Source of the DNA: Octopus bimaculoides
Taxonomy: Eukaryota
Reading direction: 5' to 3'
NCBI RefSeq assembly: GCF_001194135.2
Contig: NC_068986.1
Location: 23,825,346-23,850,018, forward strand
DNA length: 24,673 nt
Under the pieces are notes generated by a model. That model saw only the letters and a program-made list of their open reading frames with translations, was not told where the DNA came from and searched no databases. How positions within the stretch are numbered: the first letter of the stretch is position 1; each line of letters starts with the position of its first letter. Positions 20,571 to 24,673 of the stretch are shown here, in pieces. The position numbers were made by a program, and so were the translations under genes.

Positions 20571-21534
20571 GTGTTTGTGTGCGTGCGCACCGTGGATTTG
20601 TGTCTATACCAGCACCAACTTCCAATAAATGTCACATTAGTTTACGCACTCCAATTACAAGAACTTCAAAGAATTTTCCCTCCGACACACACAGCTCTAT
20701 TAAAGAGACTTTAGAGCATTCAACATAAATTTTCAAATAGCAAACACTCCATAAGATGCAACATAACAACGTCACAAGTAAACAGCCAAGTCAATCCTAC
20801 ACACCTACACAATTCAACGAATGATCATTACTAAACATAGAGCCATGATTCCTCATACATCACTTGCTTTCCCATAGATATATTTACTAAAGTCACTTAA
20901 TAATCTATGACCCTACTTTCCACAGACTGCATACCCGTAATCATCTCACCGCTCACATATCAATGACGTATGCGAAAGCACAACGAAACAAGTTCCTTTA
21001 AATCAAAGAATTTCAAATGTTCGGAATTGAAGGTAACCGCTTTCACCAACATAAAACTTGCTCTAAATTGACAGAAATGATTATTGCAGAAGTATCAAAA
21101 AACTATATCACACACGTCAATATAAAATACAACCACAATTACACACGAACACAAACGTTGATGCCATTAAAACGAAAAACGACGAAAATAATGCTCCAAC
21201 ACCACATAAAACGGAAATAATACTCACCATCCGGCAACTGAATATGGAAATGATACAATATAAACTATGATTTGGAAAAGAAATGAAATGCACTTGCGTC
21301 GAAATTAAGCTGTAAGAAATAGTATCAGTGAAATGCTATTTAGAGTAATTAGCGCCACGAGACACCAACTCTTACCAAAATTCCTCTAAAATTATTTACT
21401 AACAGTCTTACCATGGTATGATCAGAAAAGAAAGCTACTATCCATCATCATACACCGCGAGCTTAACTCTAATTCCTTGTCCATACAAAATGATATAAGG
21501 AAATGTCCAGCGTGCTCCTTGTTGATTCCAATTT

Positions 21535-21584
21535 TCTGTCTGTCTGTCTGTCTGTCTCACCCTGTCTCTCTCTCTCTCTCTCTC

Positions 21585-21630
<46 letters not shown>
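21535..21630. repeat. (TGTC)n/(TC)n/(TA)n compound microsatellite
   Basis: Seen directly. Confidence 0.92.
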
Positions 21631-21632
<2 letters not shown>

Positions 21633-21715
21633 CTGTGTGGTAACTAGCTTGCCTACCAACCACATGGTTCCGGGTTCAGTCCCACTGAGTGGCACGTGTC
21701 TTCTACTATAGCCTC
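21631..21715 (+). mobile_element. SINE 5' part, cut by an assembly gap
   Basis: ggctgtgtggtaactagcttgcctaccaaccacatggttccgggttcagtcccactgagtggcac...gtgtcttctactatagcctc, with A/B-box-like motifs. Confidence 0.88.
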
Positions 21716-21725
21716 NNNNNNNNNN

Positions 21726-22205
21726 ACAGAAAATAATAACGCCACACAGTGGACCTCTCAAAATAACCACAATTTAGTACCTAATGCGAGGAAAAACAAC
21801 CAACAGAAGACCAACTTTCTTTTAAATAAACTTAACTGTGTATCGGCCGATTTCGCGATTACTAGAATGAATCTAGATTTCGTTCATCAGCACAGTATTG
21901 TCCCAAAAATATATGTAAATAAACAGAATTCTCACCTCACCAAAAACGAACACACTACGTATCCGACAGAGTAAAGGGAATGAAGTTTATCTGTATATAT
22001 CTTCATCAAGGAAGTGGGAATACTTCCGGGTTGCTTCTGGGTACCCATATGGGGACAGGAATAAAAATTCAACATTGAATATATTCCGTGTATATATTTT
22101 ATAAATAAATTCAAAAAGGGATGTTTTTCCTCGCATTAGGTACTAAATTGTGGTTATTTTGAGAAGTCCACTGTGTGGCGTTATTATTTTCTGTAATAAT
22201 GCCCC
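21726..22205. mobile_element. MITE with long near-perfect TIRs (possibly PIF/Harbinger Tourist-like); left end lies in an N gap
   Basis: 21726-21798 vs reverse complement of 22122-22194 show 1 mismatch in 73 bp. The right terminus ends ...aataatgcccc followed by tta (GGG terminus and TWA target suggest PIF/Harbinger; unverified because the left flank is missing). Confidence 0.8.
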
Positions 22206-22294
22206 TTATATAAATATAAACGAATAATTATATTCTTGGGAATAGAAATTTCCCTTATGAATTTTTTTATACACTAGCTTCTTGATAAAATTCT

Positions 22295-22352
<58 letters not shown>

Positions 22353-22362
22353 NNNNNNNNNN

Positions 22363-22395
<33 letters not shown>

Positions 22396-22399
<4 letters not shown>

Positions 22400-22585
22400 T
22401 GGTGTGTCTGTGTTTGTCCCCACCAACATCGCTTGACAACCAATACTGGTGCATTTACGTCCGCGGCAAAAGAGACCGATAGAATAAGTACTATGCTTGG
22501 AAAGAATAAGTCCTGGGGCCGATTCGCTCGACCAAAGGGGATGCTCCAGGATGGCCGTAGTCAAATGACTGAAACAAGTAAAGAG
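22396..22585 (+). mobile_element. SINE 3' part following a (TG)n linker
   Basis: gtgtctgtgtttgtccccaccaacatcgcttgacaacc...ggcaaaagagaccgatagaataagtact...aagaataagtcctgggg...gatgctccaggatggccgtagtcaaatgactgaaacaagtaaagag. Confidence 0.88.
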
Positions 22586-22619
22586 TATATATATATATAT
22601 ATGTAATCCATATATAAAT

Positions 22620-22650
<31 letters not shown>

Positions 22651-23019
22651 TCCATATATAAATATTATATATATATATATATATGTAATCCTTTTTCACA
22701 CGCACAAACACACATTCACACACACACTCACACTTACGCGCGCGCACACAAACACACTCGTGCAGTTGGACACGGAGAAAGGGTGGCCAAGAAGCAATTG
22801 AAAGACTATATAACAAGCAACAGTAATTACTTTGCTGTTCTGTTTGTGACTTCTACTTAATCTAAGTAATTTCACAGATAATATCAATTATAATATAATA
22901 TACGGGTAATGTAGTTAAAATATGTCTTGATACGGTTATATAATATATAGAATAATGAATGTCTTCTACGTACTTTGCTAGATATTCAGTTCGAGCTTGT
23001 AGTTGTATGAGTCTATGAA

Positions 23020-23499
23020 CGTATGTGTCTGTGTGTGTGTGTATATAAGCGTGTGAGACTGTATTTGTGACCCGTATGTGTGTGTGCATGCGTTTGTTTG
23101 CGTTTGTAGCATGTGTGTGGGCTGTTTGTGTGTGTGCGTACGTTTATTTGAGTATGTGTGATACCTGGGTGTGTATGTATATGGTGCCTGCGCGCGTGTG
23201 TTTATGCGTGATGCAGGTGTGTGTATGTGTGTGTGGTGCTTGTGTTGTGTGTGCATGTGTGTGTGTGTGTGCATGTGTGTGTGTGTGCATGTGTGTGTGT
23301 GTGCATGTGTGTGTGTGTGTGTGTGTGTTTGCTTTTCTTGTGTTTGCGTGAGCGTGCTGCATGACGCAAACATATCTCTGTGTGGGAATGTGCGTATATG
23401 TGTGTGTGTGTTTGTGTAAGTATGTGTATGTGTGTTTGTGGAAATATGTGTGTGTGTTTGTGTAAGTATGCATGTGTATGTTTGCACTAGTATGTGTAT

Positions 23500-23531
<32 letters not shown>
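23020..23531. repeat. Long degenerate (TG)n tract
   Basis: Seen directly; explains the H/T- and C/V-rich ORFs between 22978 and 23541. Confidence 0.92.
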
Positions 23532-23638
23532 AGGTTATCAAGTATGGTTTGCGAGACCTTTTAGTGTTTGTACATATGTAGTGAGTGCATCAATGATTTT
23601 GTGCTTCTTCATATGCCAGTATATGAATATAAGAACGG

Positions 23639-23639
<1 letters not shown>

Positions 23640-23679
<40 letters not shown>

Positions 23680-23726
23680 TCTGTCTCTGTCCGTCTGTCT
23701 CCCTCCCTCNNNNNNNNNNNNNNNNN

Positions 23727-23766
<40 letters not shown>

Positions 23767-23805
23767 TGCCTCTGTCCGTCTGTCTCCCCCCCTCTCTCTC
23801 TCTCT
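23640..23805. repeat. (CT)n tract spanning a 17-N gap, similar on both sides
   Basis: ctctg(t/c)ctctgtccgtctgtctccc occurs on both sides of N 23710-23726. Confidence 0.9.
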
Positions 23806-24673
23806 TTCTATTTATGAACATGTAAACCCAGGCACATTATGTGATTAAACAGCCCAGTGCTCATCTAGTTCTTTCCTGGTTCCATCCTACTCCACAGCAC
23901 AATGCTATTTGCCTCATGCTTCTGTATTAGAAGCAATCAAGAATACATGTGTTTGTAACAGTCACAGTGTATCAGGTGCAGAGGAAATATCTTCCTATGG
24001 GTCTCACATTAACTTTGTAAGTTGATATTTGTTTGAGTTTGAAGCATTTTCTGGCACTGGAGAGAAATGCCAATGTGTGTGATGCCAAATTTGTTCAGTG
24101 AAGAGATTCTTAACAACGGAGATGCTTTTGAGTAATTTTCATGATTACATTGTGGTTGGGGTAAGATAATGTTATCTTCATATGTATAGTGATCGTGGCT
24201 TCAAATTGTTATACAAAGACAAATTGTTATGATCATATGATCACATAACCGCCGTTCTCGAGGTCTCTACTCATGACGAAAGTGCATTTGTGGGTGTTTT
24301 ATTTTTTACTGAAATAAAACGTGTTTCGGCATATTGCATCACAACGTGGAGATCTCCAAGCTCTCTTGTTAATCGGGTATTTAGTAACCGTCTCCTGCTC
24401 CTGGATAACAAAGGCATAGTCTTTTAGGTGACATTTAATTTATCTATCGCGTGGTGAAGCAATTCCATATCACTGAATTTAAATTTAAAATTATTCAATA
24501 TAATAATAAATTTAACACTTTATTACGCCCTCCCAGTCGCCTATAGAAAAAAATTGTGTAATTTGTAATTTTGAAATTAGTACATTGAAACACTTCGTCT
24601 TTTGTTTTTTCTGTAAATTTCGTATATATATATATATATATATGTATATGTACATATATATATATATATATAT

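Noticed and set aside
20990-21040. FL*IK...GIEGN resembles the RNase H W-x-x-x-H-x-G-I-x-G-N motif
   Set aside because: The histidine and the following E.AD residues are missing and there is no supporting upstream motif.
21631-21700. tRNA gene candidates at the A/B-box motifs (also 19342-19398)
   Set aside because: No cloverleaf; these are SINE heads followed by SINE body sequence.
23640-23805. Apparent tandem duplication around the 17-N gap
   Set aside because: Most likely overlapping contig ends or two haplotypes placed on either side of a gap.

Overview
AT-rich eukaryotic repeat-dominated DNA from a draft assembly, with six short N gaps that mostly sit in or next to microsatellites. The SINE families resemble those I know from Octopus, so a cephalopod source is likely (inference). 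No host gene, rRNA, tRNA or CRISPR array can be supported. Most ORFs in the supplied track are microsatellite read-throughs or antisense artefacts. The clearest structure is a 3.76-kb hAT DNA transposon (1549-5311) bounded by a perfect 8-bp target-site duplication. Its decayed minus-strand transposase is preceded by a ~1.2-kb R2/Hero retrotransposon fragment truncated at both ends. It is also interrupted by a recent 282-bp copy of its own C-terminal dimerisation region. The rest of the window holds tRNA-derived and CORE SINEs, an R4/Dong endonuclease fragment, a 235-bp Tc1/mariner deletion derivative, a CR1/L2-group LINE 3' end, a probable Gypsy integrase relic, two TIR-bounded MITE-like elements, a nested fold-back cluster and an old local duplication. 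The main unexplained signal is a ~1.5-kb intronless, stop-poor, decayed coding-like tract at 10111-11592 (-) that I cannot assign to any family. Family assignments come from remembered motifs and were not checked against a database.
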